A DNA stretch of 64,000 bases from Bryobacterales bacterium (GTDB lineage Bacteria > Acidobacteriota > Terriglobia > Bryobacterales > Bryobacteraceae). Location: positions 10,510 through 74,509 of the forward strand of contig CAWFZZ010000013.1 in the NCBI GenBank assembly GCA_963820405.1, in the 5' to 3' direction. Position 1 is the first letter of the stretch; each line of letters begins with the position of its first letter. Made by a program: the position numbers and the translations under genes. Below the pieces are notes generated by a model. It did not search any database. It saw nothing but the letters and a program-made list of their open reading frames with translations, and was not told where the DNA came from. This document shows positions 36,654 through 45,616 of this stretch, piece after piece.

Positions 36654-37967
36654 CTAGGAGCGGGCCACCTCCAAGATTATGGGGGACAGCGCGCGGCCGG
36701 AAATCGAGATATCCAGCCGCCGGTCCCCGTTTTTCACTTTGGGCGAGGGGTGAAAAGCGAATTCGTAAGTGGATGTAATCGGATCGATGGATACGTATTG
36801 CTGGTGTTCTACCGCGCGGCCGTCGATAAGAAACGACACTTCCTCGGGGCGCTCGAGGTCTTCGATGGTGACCTTCACCCCGCCCTGTTCGATACGGAAA
36901 TTGGAAAGAATGTTTATGCCGTCCGTAACTGAAATAACTTTTGGGTTCCAGGGCGGCCCGGCAATCACCTCAATCGGCACGGGTCCGGCAAGCAGGGTCC
37001 CCTGGTGATCGTGCAGTGTGACCGGCACAGAGCCGGTGCGGACGCCACTCGGGAACACGGCGTCGAACTGGCAGCCGCCGTTTTCACCGATGGGCGAGAT
37101 GTAGCAGCCTGGCCGCAGGACTCCATCGAAGCCCGCGACAAGCACGGCCAGATCGGATGACTCCGGCATGCCTTCGATCCAAAAGCTGACAGCGGCTTCG
37201 CGGCCACGCTGGGGCACCGAATGTTTTCCGCTGCTGGCCGCGGTGACGGCCTTCAAGACGAGATGCGAGAAATCCGGGTGCGGTAAAAAAGCAGGCGGTT
37301 TGCGCAACGTCACCCACATGTATTGAGTTTGAAGACCGGACAAGCTCACAAGTTGCAAACCGTGTTGGCGCGCGAAGGCAGCCACTTGTTCGCCGCTGAA
37401 GTGGCACCCTGTCCAGGTGGACGTCTCGCGCGCCATTTCGGAATCGAGCGGCGGCGTTCCACGTAGCTGGCAGCGCAGGATGCCGCCTGGTTTGAGCACG
37501 CGCCCGGCCTCGCGCATATAGTTTAAGACCACCTCGCGGTTCGGAATGTGCTGAAAAACGATGAAGGAGTAAACGAAATCGAAAGAGCCGTCGGCGAACA
37601 TGCTGAGGCTGGAATCGGGTGTGACGTGCGCGTGGGCATGCGGAATATCCTTGAGCCGGTCGATGGCCAGACGAATCATCTCATCGGAAATATCCACCCC
37701 GTGGATTTCGCCGAAGTGCCGGCTCATGGGCCGCATCAGCCGGCCTGGACCACATCCGATCTCGAGTGCGCTGCGTGCTTCAGGTGGAGCTGGTGGAAGG
37801 CGCGAGAATTCCGTTTCCAGTGAGCTGGTAACTTCGGCCGCGCTCGCCAGGAACTCCTCTTCCTGCTGGCTGCGCCGTCCGAACGCCACATAGAAATGCA
37901 CGTCTTCGCGGGCGCGGCGGTTCCAGTCGGACCGCATTTGCTCGTTCACGTCCATGCTTGTATCCAT
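36654..37967 (-). CDS. SAM-dependent methyltransferase with C-terminal beta-sandwich domains
   Basis: ORF 36654..38690 trimmed to MDTSMDVNEQ (ATG 37965-37967) because the upstream part is antisense to pntAA. ALEIGCGPGRLM and VLKPGGIL motifs. Confidence 0.65.
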   Translation of the reverse strand: MDTSMDVNEQMRSDWNRRAREDVHFYVAFGRRSQQEEEFLASAAEVTSSLETEFSRLPPAPPEARSALEIGCGPGRLMRPMSRHFGEIHGVDISDEMIRLAIDRLKDIPHAHAHVTPDSSLSMFADGSFDFVYSFIVFQHIPNREVVLNYMREAGRVLKPGGILRCQLRGTPPLDSEMARETSTWTGCHFSGEQVAAFARQHGLQLVSLSGLQTQYMWVTLRKPPAFLPHPDFSHLVLKAVTAASSGKHSVPQRGREAAVSFWIEGMPESSDLAVLVAGFDGVLRPGCYISPIGENGGCQFDAVFPSGVRTGSVPVTLHDHQGTLLAGPVPIEVIAGPPWNPKVISVTDGINILSNFRIEQGGVKVTIEDLERPEEVSFLIDGRAVEHQQYVSIDPITSTYEFAFHPSPKVKNGDRRLDISISGRALSPIILEVARS

Positions 37968-38121
37968 GCTCCATGGTAAGCGCGCCCGGCAATATTGCGG
38001 AAATGGGAGTATGATCTTCAAAGAAGTTTTTGGAGAGCATCCGGCCGTAAGACGCCCTGGCGCGTGAGAGGCGAGGGTGAAATCTTGGGGCATGCCTGTC
38101 CTCCGACACAGGAGGTAACTC

Positions 38122-39306
38122 GTGGCTCTGACGATTGGAGTGCCGCGCGAGACCTTCCCTGGCGAGCGGCGCGTTGCGGTGACGCCACGCGCGTGCGAGA
38201 GCCTGGGGAAGCTGGGCGCCGGCGTAATCATCGAAGAGTCGGCTGGTGTCGACGCGGGTTTTCCAGACCAACTATATGTCGCCCGGGCGGCACGTGTTGG
38301 CACCCGCGCCGACGTTTTCGCGCAAGCCGACATTATTGTGCAAGTGCGTTCGCTCGGTGCGAATCCGGCCGATGGACGCGCGGACCTGCCGCTGCTGCGG
38401 GAGGGGCAGATCGTGGTGGGCTTCGGGGAGCCACTCACGGCGGCGGATGAGATGGCGGAGCTGGCGAGAGCCGGCGTTTCGTTTTTTTCCATGGAGCTGA
38501 TGCCGCGTATCACGCGCGCGCAGAGCATGGATGCGCTTTCGTCAATGGCCACCATTGCGGGATATCGCGGCGTTTTGCTGGGGGCCCAGGCGCTGCCGAA
38601 AATCTTTCCGATGCTGATGACAGCGGCTGGAACCATCACCGCAGCCCGGGTGCTGATTCTGGGAGCCGGAGTAGCGGGCTTGCAAGCCATCGCGACGGCG
38701 CGGCGGCTGGGCGCGGTGGTTTCCGCTTATGACGTGCGCAGCGCGGTGAAGGAGCAAATCGAGAGCTTGGGCGCGAAGTTCGTGGTGCTCGACCTGGAAA
38801 CCGGCGCTTCGGAAGGACAGGGCGGCTACGCCAAGGCGATGGACGAGGAGTTTTACCGGCGGCAGCGCGCCGCGCTCCAGGAGGTGATCCGCGAGCAGGA
38901 CGTGGTAATCACCACGGCCGCCGTTCCGGGCAAGAAAGCCCCGATTCTCGTGACCACCGAGATGGCGAGTGCGATGGCCACCGGCTCCGTGATTGTGGAT
39001 ATCGCGGCCGAGCGGGGAGGCAACTGCGAGCTGACGCGGCCGGGCGAGACCGTGATGCACCAAGGCATCTCGATTCTAGGCCCGCTGAATCTGCCTTCCA
39101 CGGCGCCTTATCACGCCAGCCAAATGTACGGATCGAACATCGCTGCGTTTTTGAAATTGATGGTGAAGAACGGCGAACTGACCATGAATCGCGAGGATGA
39201 GATTATTCGCGAGACGTTGGTCACGCACGGGGGGCAGGTTGTGAACGCGCGGGTGAACGAGCTATTGGGGATGGCGAGTGCGGCTCCGGCTGGAGAGAGG
39301 CGATGA
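38122..39306 (+). CDS. pntAA: NAD(P) transhydrogenase alpha subunit part 1
   Basis: MALTIGVPRETFPGERRVA and LILGAGVAGLQAIATARRLGA; 394 aa. Confidence 0.9.
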   Translation: MALTIGVPRETFPGERRVAVTPRACESLGKLGAGVIIEESAGVDAGFPDQLYVARAARVGTRADVFAQADIIVQVRSLGANPADGRADLPLLREGQIVVGFGEPLTAADEMAELARAGVSFFSMELMPRITRAQSMDALSSMATIAGYRGVLLGAQALPKIFPMLMTAAGTITAARVLILGAGVAGLQAIATARRLGAVVSAYDVRSAVKEQIESLGAKFVVLDLETGASEGQGGYAKAMDEEFYRRQRAALQEVIREQDVVITTAAVPGKKAPILVTTEMASAMATGSVIVDIAAERGGNCELTRPGETVMHQGISILGPLNLPSTAPYHASQMYGSNIAAFLKLMVKNGELTMNREDEIIRETLVTHGGQVVNARVNELLGMASAAPAGERR

Positions 39307-39307
39307 T

Positions 39308-39604
39308 ATGGGCAGTTACGAATTTGATTTGTGGGTCTTTATGCTGGCGGCATTCCTGGGCTTCCAGCTGATTCGCGGCGTCTCGCCTTTGCTGCACACT
39401 CCGCTGATGTCGCTCACCAATGCGATCTCCGCAATCACGGTAGTAGGCGCCATTCTGCTTACGGGCCAAAGGGACGCGAGCACGCTGTCCCGCATCCTCG
39501 GCTTCTCGGCCGTTTTTCTGGCCGTGCTCAACGTAGTAAGCGGGTATCTGATCACCGATCGCATGCTGAAAATGTTCAAAAGACGGGAGCCAGAGAAAAA
39601 ATGA
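39308..39604 (+). CDS. pntAB: NAD(P) transhydrogenase alpha subunit part 2 (membrane)
   Basis: Start at MGSYEFDLWVFMLAAFLGFQLI. TPLMSLTNAISAITVVGA. Confidence 0.85.
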   Translation: MGSYEFDLWVFMLAAFLGFQLIRGVSPLLHTPLMSLTNAISAITVVGAILLTGQRDASTLSRILGFSAVFLAVLNVVSGYLITDRMLKMFKRREPEKK

Positions 39605-41001
39605 AACTCGACGATACTCTTCTTCCGGTTCTTTACATGCTGGCGGCCATCGGATTCATCCTGGCCATCAAATGGATGAACTCTCCGGCGACCGCGCGGC
39701 GCGGCGTGATTGTCGGCGAGATCGGCATGCTTTTGGCCGTGGTGGGCACGTTGCTGCGGTTTGAGGTGGTCAATTACCAGTGGATTCTGGTGGCGTTCTT
39801 CCTGGGCACGGCGGTAGGCATTCCGATCGCCTATATCATGCCCATGACGGCGGTGCCGCAGCGGACCGCGTTTTCGCACGCTTGCGGCGCTCTGGCTTCG
39901 GCGTTGATCGGAACAGCGGAGTATTACAAGGGGCTGGATCAGGGCACGGAAATGTCAAAAGTGGTGATGATTGCCCTGGTGGTTGAAACGCTGCTCGGCT
40001 TTCTGACCTTCACCGCCAGCATGATGGCATTCGGAAAATTGCAGGAGGTTTTGGCGCAGCGGCCGATTACTTACAAGGGCCAGAACTTCGTCAACCTGGG
40101 AGTTTTCGCAGCGGCGGCCGGCGTTGGGCTGGCCTTGATTGTTTCGCCCGAGCGTAGCGTGCTATTTCCGGTTTTCGCGGCGCTGTCGCTGCTGTTCGGC
40201 GTGCTGCTCATCATACCCATCGGCGGCGCGGACATGCCAACGGTGATTGCGCTGCTGAATTCGTACGCCGGGTTGTCGGCCAGCGCGATGGGATTTGTGC
40301 TGAACAATAAGCTGCTGATCGTGGCGGGCGCGCTGGATGGATCGTCGGGGTTTATCCTTTCGATCATCATGTGCCGGGCCATGAACCGCTCCTTCACCAA
40401 CGTGCTGTTCGGTGCGTTCGGCCAGTTGCAGACTACCGCCGTCGCCGGGGGCGAGGCCAAGCCGGTGCATTCGGCTACGCCCGAGGACGCGGCGCAAATT
40501 CTGGATTCCGCGCGCAACGTGGTGGTGATTCCTGGCTATGGAATGGCGGTGGCGCAGGCGCAACACAAACTGCGAGAAATGTTCGATATGCTGACGCGCA
40601 GGGGCGTGGACGTGCGCTTTGCGATCCATCCGGTGGCGGGGCGCATGCCGGGCCATATGAACGTGCTGCTGGCCGAAGCCGACATTCCTTACGACAAGCT
40701 GTGGGAGATGGACGACATCAATCCGGAAATGTCGAATGTGGATGTGGCGCTCATCATCGGCGCAAACGATGTGGTGAACCCGGGAGCCGAGACTGATCCG
40801 AACAGCGCGATCGCCGGCATGCCGATCATTCAGGCTTATAAAGCGCGCACCGTGATGGTGATCAAGCGCAGCATGAATCCGGGATTCGCGGGCATCGACA
40901 ACGACCTGTATTACAGGGACAACACGCTGATGCTGTTTGGGGACGCCAAGGCGTTTTTGTCGAGCATCGTGAAGGAACTGGGTGCGTTGGTGAAGGCTTA
41001 A
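39601..41001 (+). CDS. pntB: NAD(P) transhydrogenase beta subunit
   Basis: ATG 39601 overlaps the pntAB stop. C-terminal VVVIPGYGMAVAQAQH, HPVAGRMPGHMNVLLAEA and GANDVVNP. Confidence 0.9.
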   Translation: MKLDDTLLPVLYMLAAIGFILAIKWMNSPATARRGVIVGEIGMLLAVVGTLLRFEVVNYQWILVAFFLGTAVGIPIAYIMPMTAVPQRTAFSHACGALASALIGTAEYYKGLDQGTEMSKVVMIALVVETLLGFLTFTASMMAFGKLQEVLAQRPITYKGQNFVNLGVFAAAAGVGLALIVSPERSVLFPVFAALSLLFGVLLIIPIGGADMPTVIALLNSYAGLSASAMGFVLNNKLLIVAGALDGSSGFILSIIMCRAMNRSFTNVLFGAFGQLQTTAVAGGEAKPVHSATPEDAAQILDSARNVVVIPGYGMAVAQAQHKLREMFDMLTRRGVDVRFAIHPVAGRMPGHMNVLLAEADIPYDKLWEMDDINPEMSNVDVALIIGANDVVNPGAETDPNSAIAGMPIIQAYKARTVMVIKRSMNPGFAGIDNDLYYRDNTLMLFGDAKAFLSSIVKELGALVKA

Positions 41002-41005
41002 GAGC

Positions 41006-41049
41006 GTTCACACGAGTGTGAACGCGGCACGCAGGAGTGCGTGCGCCAC
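41006..41049 (+). repeat. REP-A repeat, copy 7 (consensus)
   Basis: gttcacacgagtgtgaacgcggcacgcaggagtgcgtgcgccac, between convergent ends. Confidence 0.9.
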
Positions 41050-41065
41050 ATCTAGTATTTCAGGA

Positions 41066-42655
41066 TTATCTGGTGACCTGTTTCTCGGCCGGTATGGGCT
41101 TCGGCATGGGGACGCGAGGCAGCATTTCCGGGCGCATCGCGGTGTTGTAGACGAACGCAGCCATGATGGCCGCGCATTGCATCATGTCGCCGGGCTGCAC
41201 GCGATCGTAGACGTCCATGTTGGAGTGATGAGTGCGCGTACTGTAGTCCATTGGATCCTGAAGAAAATTGAAGCCCGGCAGGCCCACGAAATCGAAGGAT
41301 GTGTGGTCGGTGGAACTGGGGCGCGGGGCCGATGCCGAAGTGACGCGCATCACCGCGGTGGCGCCGAGATCGTTGAAAGGTTTCAGCCATTCCTGAAAGA
41401 TGGGCTGCACCTCATCGTTGCCGGGCGCGACGATTCCGCGGAAGCGGCCGGTGCCCGTATCGTCGTTGTAGTATGCGGCCAGCTTGAAATATTCGGGTTT
41501 GGGTTGCATGGTCTCGCGATCCGCGAAGTGCTGGGTCACATAGGCTTTCGAACCGAGCAGCCCCTCCTCTTCGCCGCCCCACAGGGCGATGCGCACAGTC
41601 CGATCCATCTTAAGATTCAGAGCCTTTAAAATGCGCACGGCCTCGATGGCTACCGCCGAGCCGGTGGCGTTGTCCGTGGCGCCGGTGCCGCCATGCCAGG
41701 AATCCAGGTGCGCGCCCAGCATGACGATTTCGTCTTTCTTGCGGCCGCCTTCGATCTCGCCGATGACGTTGAATGAATCGGTGGGCGAATCGATGAATTG
41801 CGCTTGAATATCGAACTCCAATTTCACTGGGATGTTGTGATCGAGCAGGCGCACGATGCGGTTATAGTGCTCCGGCGTTACCACCACCATGGGCGGTGGA
41901 ACGGGATCCTTGGGATCGCGCGATCCGCCGGCCTGGCCGAAGACAATGCCAGCGTCGCCGATGTTGCCCGACTGCAAGACCACCGCCGCACCTTCGTCCT
42001 TGAGGAATTGATTCACCTTGTTGCGAAACGCGGCGCGCTTCTGCTGTTCGGGACTTTGCGGCGGACCGAGCGGGCGGAAGAGATTCGGCAGCCGCGCCGG
42101 ATCGATATTCGGGTTCAGCTCGGCGTCGGTGAGCCGGCGTCCGGGTGGATCGGTGGGCATCGCGAGAACGCGGGACTTCATCGAAAGAACAATCTTGCCG
42201 CGCAGCTTGCCTTTGAACTTTTCGAGATCCGCATCGTTTTCAAGCGGCGCGTAGATGGCATCCGCTTCGAGCGGACCCGACGTGCCCGGGCTCCAAGCCA
42301 GCGGGAACCCGATCAGCGGCGCGTAGGCCGGCTCAATCATGTGACCGGCGAAGTGCGTGTAGGTCCAACCGCGACCGAAGGGTCCCCAGGTCTCCTGGTG
42401 GACGTTGGTGAGCCCGTACTCCTCGAGCCGCTTGACCACCCAGTCGCCCGCGGACTTGAAGCCGGGAGAGTTGGTGAGGCGCGGTCCATTCACGTCGGTG
42501 AGATAGAAAACGTGGTCCATCACCTTGGAGTTTTCGAGCGCCTCGGCTTTGATGCGATGAATGACCGAGAGGTCGACGGGTTCTTCCGAATTGGCTGACA
42601 GGGCCGAAAAGGCGACAACGAAGGCGAGGCCGGGCAAGAAGGTGCGGGATGTCAT
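41066..42655 (-). CDS. M28 family aminopeptidase with PA domain, secreted
   Basis: ORF trimmed to MTSRTFLPGLAFVVAFSALSA. GAHLDSWHGGTGATDNATG, WGGEEEGLLGS and STDHTSF metal-ligand motifs. Confidence 0.8.
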   Translation of the reverse strand: MTSRTFLPGLAFVVAFSALSANSEEPVDLSVIHRIKAEALENSKVMDHVFYLTDVNGPRLTNSPGFKSAGDWVVKRLEEYGLTNVHQETWGPFGRGWTYTHFAGHMIEPAYAPLIGFPLAWSPGTSGPLEADAIYAPLENDADLEKFKGKLRGKIVLSMKSRVLAMPTDPPGRRLTDAELNPNIDPARLPNLFRPLGPPQSPEQQKRAAFRNKVNQFLKDEGAAVVLQSGNIGDAGIVFGQAGGSRDPKDPVPPPMVVVTPEHYNRIVRLLDHNIPVKLEFDIQAQFIDSPTDSFNVIGEIEGGRKKDEIVMLGAHLDSWHGGTGATDNATGSAVAIEAVRILKALNLKMDRTVRIALWGGEEEGLLGSKAYVTQHFADRETMQPKPEYFKLAAYYNDDTGTGRFRGIVAPGNDEVQPIFQEWLKPFNDLGATAVMRVTSASAPRPSSTDHTSFDFVGLPGFNFLQDPMDYSTRTHHSNMDVYDRVQPGDMMQCAAIMAAFVYNTAMRPEMLPRVPMPKPIPAEKQVTR

Positions 42656-42681
42656 GGGGACTCCTTCATTAGAGGGTAAAC

Positions 42682-42723
42682 GATGCTGGTGATTGGTGGC
42701 TGGTGGCCGGTGGCCGGTGGCTG
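42682..42723 (+). repeat. heptanucleotide tandem array, 6 units (GTGNNTG family)
   Basis: gatgctg gtgattg gtggctg gtggccg gtggccg gtggctg, 27 nt upstream of the M28 start codon. Confidence 0.9.
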
Positions 42724-42727
42724 GCAA

Positions 42728-43045
42728 GTCACCCCGACTTCGGGTTCCGACCTATGTTGGACCGCGAATGGCGCGCAGGTGTGCTCTCCATAACCGCACG
42801 CAAGATGCGATTGATGCGCGTCTGGTAACCTTTGCCGTTGGACTTGAGCCAATCCAGCACGTCTCGGTCAAGCGAATGGTCAATTGGTGTTTAACCGGAG
42901 GCAGGGGCGCTGTTGCCTTCGCAAAAAACTCGTCGCCAAGCTCCGGAATGTCAGAGTAGTCAATGGGAGCTCGATCCAATCGCCGTGCCTCCACGGGGGT
43001 CAGTTGCCGAGGCTTCTTCTGGTCGAGTCGATAGCGCTTCGTCAT
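42728..43045 (-). pseudogene. brnA: BrnA-type antitoxin, frameshifted, with no adjacent brnT
   Basis: MTKRYRLDQKKPRQLTPVEARRLDRAPIDYSDIPELGDEFFAKA...QLTIRL, after which the conserved RDVLDWLKSNGKGYQTRINRILRAVMES continues in another frame (1 nt missing near 42869). Confidence 0.55.
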
Positions 43046-43094
43046 ACTTCCTCTGTCGCGTTCGTTCGCCTTGTTGGTGCTCTGCCGAAAAACG

Positions 43095-43138
43095 TGTCCG
43101 CAAGAGTGCAGACGCGGCACGCACGAGTGCGTGCGCCA
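43095..43138 (+). repeat. REP-A repeat, copy 8 (hairpin 1 variant)
   Basis: gtccgcaagagtgcagacgcggcacgcacgagtgcgtgcgccac. Confidence 0.75.
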
Positions 43139-43156
43139 CACTGACGGATTACGGTT

Positions 43157-43624
43157 TTAAGCGCCGACGATCTGGACGTTCATTCCCTCGGGATCTTTGA
43201 TATGAAACCCGGCGTCCAGATTTTCTTCAGGGGTTATGCCGAGGGCTTTGAGTTGCTGGGTCACTCGCTCCTTGTTGAAGTTCTCGACGCCGATGGCGTA
43301 GTGATCCACGATGGCGGTGGGATTCTTGTGGTGCAGTGAGACGATAATCTTCCCCGAGCCGAGGCGCGAGATTTCGTTGGGCTTGTCCTCGCTCAAGACC
43401 TTGAGGCCGAAGACCTTTTCATAAAAGGCGATGGCTCGCGGCAGATCGCTCACTTGAATGCTGATGTGATCGATCTTCACGCCTTTGAGACCAGCTTCCT
43501 GAGCTTGCCCGACGGATGCAGCGCCTCCCGCCGCGGTCAGCATCGCGAGGCCTTGAATCAAGCCCCGGCGCGAGAGCGCGCCCTTTTCAAAACGGTTCAA
43601 CAAATCTGAAATTATGGCTTCCAT
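43157..43624 (-). CDS. VOC (glyoxalase/bleomycin-resistance/dioxygenase) family protein with Tat-type leader
   Basis: LSRRGLIQGLAMLTAAGGAASVGQA leader, then IDHISIQVSDLPRAIAFYEKVFGL. Confidence 0.7.
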   Translation of the reverse strand: MEAIISDLLNRFEKGALSRRGLIQGLAMLTAAGGAASVGQAQEAGLKGVKIDHISIQVSDLPRAIAFYEKVFGLKVLSEDKPNEISRLGSGKIIVSLHHKNPTAIVDHYAIGVENFNKERVTQQLKALGITPEENLDAGFHIKDPEGMNVQIVGA

Positions 43625-43651
43625 ACAGCCTCCTGATTGTGATTTGGGATT

Positions 43652-44491
43652 TCAATTCTTTAGATGGGAACGATCCTTTTCGTTCTCGTTGCAGAAGTAT
43701 TCGAAAACATCCGAATCGGCCCACAGCTCCTCGGTGAATTTGATGGTAAAGGGTTTGGTGTAGGTCTGCGGATCGTCGAAAGTCATTTCGACATTCAAGT
43801 GTCCGAAGTCGGGGCGGTGATAGCGTTCCAGGATGCGCAGGGCTTCGCTATGGGGGTGGCCCATCAGATCGAGCGAGGTTTTGTCGTTGAAGCCGGCGGT
43901 TTCCACCACCAGCGTGTCGCGCTCCCACTTGCCGACGGAGTATCCGAGCCAGGACGGCTGCACGATTTCTTTCGGGAGCCCGCGGCCGTCGGTGTAGATT
44001 TGGCGATGCGAACCGTCGGTTTCGTGCAGGATAACGATTTGCCAGGGTGATTGAACGATCTTATTGGGCTCCGAGACAAGGTTGTTGATGGGGATGCCGG
44101 CGGGCAGGCAAGTGCCCAAGGGGTCGGCGTCTGATGGCGGGCGGCGGAACTTTTCTGCAATTTCGGGCCGCATCGGGACCTCTCCCGGCTTGAAGTCCAC
44201 AAAGATATTGATGGCGTATTTGGAAATGGTGTCAATTTCCATGCCGGGCACGTTGGTGAGGCCGACGTTGTCGCCGTAGAGCCGCTTCATTTCCTCGAGC
44301 GAAGTGGGATGAACATGCCAGACGCCGGAGAGATCCGGCTTGCCGTTGGAGGCACGAGGCGCGGGGGCCGCGAGGTTGGGTTTACCGTCGCGAGTGCGGG
44401 GCGTTCCGGGGGTGGGATAGTTCAACCATTGCGCCGGCGCGGCGGAGAGAACGGCGAGCACCAGGAGCAGCCGCTGAAGCGAAATGATCAT
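43652..44491 (-). CDS. secreted protein, paralog family X (copy C)
   Basis: 279 aa. CLPAGIP, WLGYSVGKWERDTLVVE, GHPHSEALRILERY, FDDPQTYTKPF and a C-terminal FCNENEKD. Confidence 0.7.
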   Translation of the reverse strand: MIISLQRLLLVLAVLSAAPAQWLNYPTPGTPRTRDGKPNLAAPAPRASNGKPDLSGVWHVHPTSLEEMKRLYGDNVGLTNVPGMEIDTISKYAINIFVDFKPGEVPMRPEIAEKFRRPPSDADPLGTCLPAGIPINNLVSEPNKIVQSPWQIVILHETDGSHRQIYTDGRGLPKEIVQPSWLGYSVGKWERDTLVVETAGFNDKTSLDLMGHPHSEALRILERYHRPDFGHLNVEMTFDDPQTYTKPFTIKFTEELWADSDVFEYFCNENEKDRSHLKN

Positions 44492-44587
44492 GACCTGTAT
44501 GCTATCGTAAACACCCTGTGGAGGATTTTGATGACTCGATCAACGCTAGTGTTATGTCCCTCGAAAAAAGTGACAATGCTGCCAGGC

Positions 44588-44631
44588 GTTCACACGATTG
44601 TGAACGCGGCACGCACGAGTGCGTGCGCCAC
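44588..44631 (+). repeat. REP-A repeat, copy 9
   Basis: gttcacacgattgtgaacgcggcacgcacgagtgcgtgcgccac, in a divergent intergenic region. Confidence 0.9.
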
Positions 44632-44647
44632 GGTGCTTCAGCAGCTA

Positions 44648-45166
44648 TTGTCAAGTAATAGATGGGACACCACACTAGCTCTCTACGGTTGCCTGGCTCT
44701 GGCGCTGTTGGCCTCGGGGTGCTCTCGACCAATGTCTCCCGATACGATGGCTGCGGATGAGAGCGCAATTAAAGATCAGGACGCGCAATGGGCGAAAGTG
44801 GCGGGCGCGAATGATCTGGAGGCAACGGTTTCCTATTACACGGATGACGCGTCGTTGCTGCCTCCGAACGCTCCTATCGCCACCGGCAAGCAGGCGATTC
44901 GCGCGGTGTGGGCCAACACGATACTGAGCCCGGACGCCACTGTGACGTGGCAGGTGACTAAGGCTGACGCTGCACGGTCCGGCGAGCTGGCCTATGTGAT
45001 GGGCGTTTATCAGATTACAGCGAAAAATCCAAAGGGCAAGTCCCTGGAGGACCGCGGCAAGCTGGTGGAGGTGTGGAAAAAGCAGGCGGACGGTAAATGG
45101 AAAGTGGTGACGGACATTTTCAACTCCGACCTGCCGGTGCCGGCGCCGGTGGAGAAAAAGGAATAA
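44648..45166 (+). CDS. DUF4440/SnoaL-like lipoprotein
   Basis: The ORF track entry 44309..45166 runs through REP-A, so the start is moved to TTG 44648. This gives the leader ..LALYGCLALALLASGC (lipobox). ATG 44732 is the alternative. Body: DESAIKDQDAQWAKVAGANDLEATVSYYTDDASLLPPNAP. Confidence 0.55.
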   Translation: MSSNRWDTTLALYGCLALALLASGCSRPMSPDTMAADESAIKDQDAQWAKVAGANDLEATVSYYTDDASLLPPNAPIATGKQAIRAVWANTILSPDATVTWQVTKADAARSGELAYVMGVYQITAKNPKGKSLEDRGKLVEVWKKQADGKWKVVTDIFNSDLPVPAPVEKKE

Positions 45167-45208
45167 GAGTTTTGCATCTGATATGCTTCCAGTGAGAGTT
45201 TTTGGAGG

Positions 45209-45607
45209 TTGAAAATGAGGGTACCGGCAATCGTCAGTTGCGTGGTGTTGGGGGCGGCAATTTTTCTGACTCCCCTCGCTGAGGCTCACCATAGCAACTC
45301 GGCCTTCTATGTGACGAAAGTCATCACCATTAAAGGCGTTGTAAAAGAAGTGAAATGGGCGAATCCGCATATTTGGGTGATCGTGACCGTGGATGACGGG
45401 AAGGGCAACAAAGTGGACTGGAAGGTGGAGGGGCGCCCGCCCGGAATCTTGATTCGCTCCGGCTGGACGCCGAAGTCCATACAGGTCGGCGAAACGATCA
45501 CCGTCGACTTAAGCCCGGCCAAGGACGACACGGCCTCGGGTCTGATGGCGCGGGTGACGAAGGCAGACGGCACGATTCTCGCCAATGCTCCGCCGCCGAC
45601 GGAATAA
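45209..45607 (+). CDS. small exported protein, DUF6152-like (mature N-terminus His-His)
   Basis: 132 aa. Leader ..FLTPLAEA followed by HHSNSAFY. Paralogous to 61959..62327. Confidence 0.6.
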   Translation: MKMRVPAIVSCVVLGAAIFLTPLAEAHHSNSAFYVTKVITIKGVVKEVKWANPHIWVIVTVDDGKGNKVDWKVEGRPPGILIRSGWTPKSIQVGETITVDLSPAKDDTASGLMARVTKADGTILANAPPPTE

Positions 45608-45616
45608 AGGACGCCC

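Noticed and set aside
37968-38690. N-terminal 241 codons of ORF 36654..38690.
   Set aside because: This part is antisense to pntAA (38122..39306) and low in complexity. The methyltransferase domain starts after the internal Met at 37967.
39331-39600. Extended start of the pntB ORF (39331), and the extended starts of ORFs 19119..20411, 41066..42727, 52977..54242 and 44309..45166.
   Set aside because: The extensions overlap upstream genes or run through REP-A or heptamer repeats. Internal starts give canonical N-termini, signal peptides and typical 1-4 nt gene overlaps.
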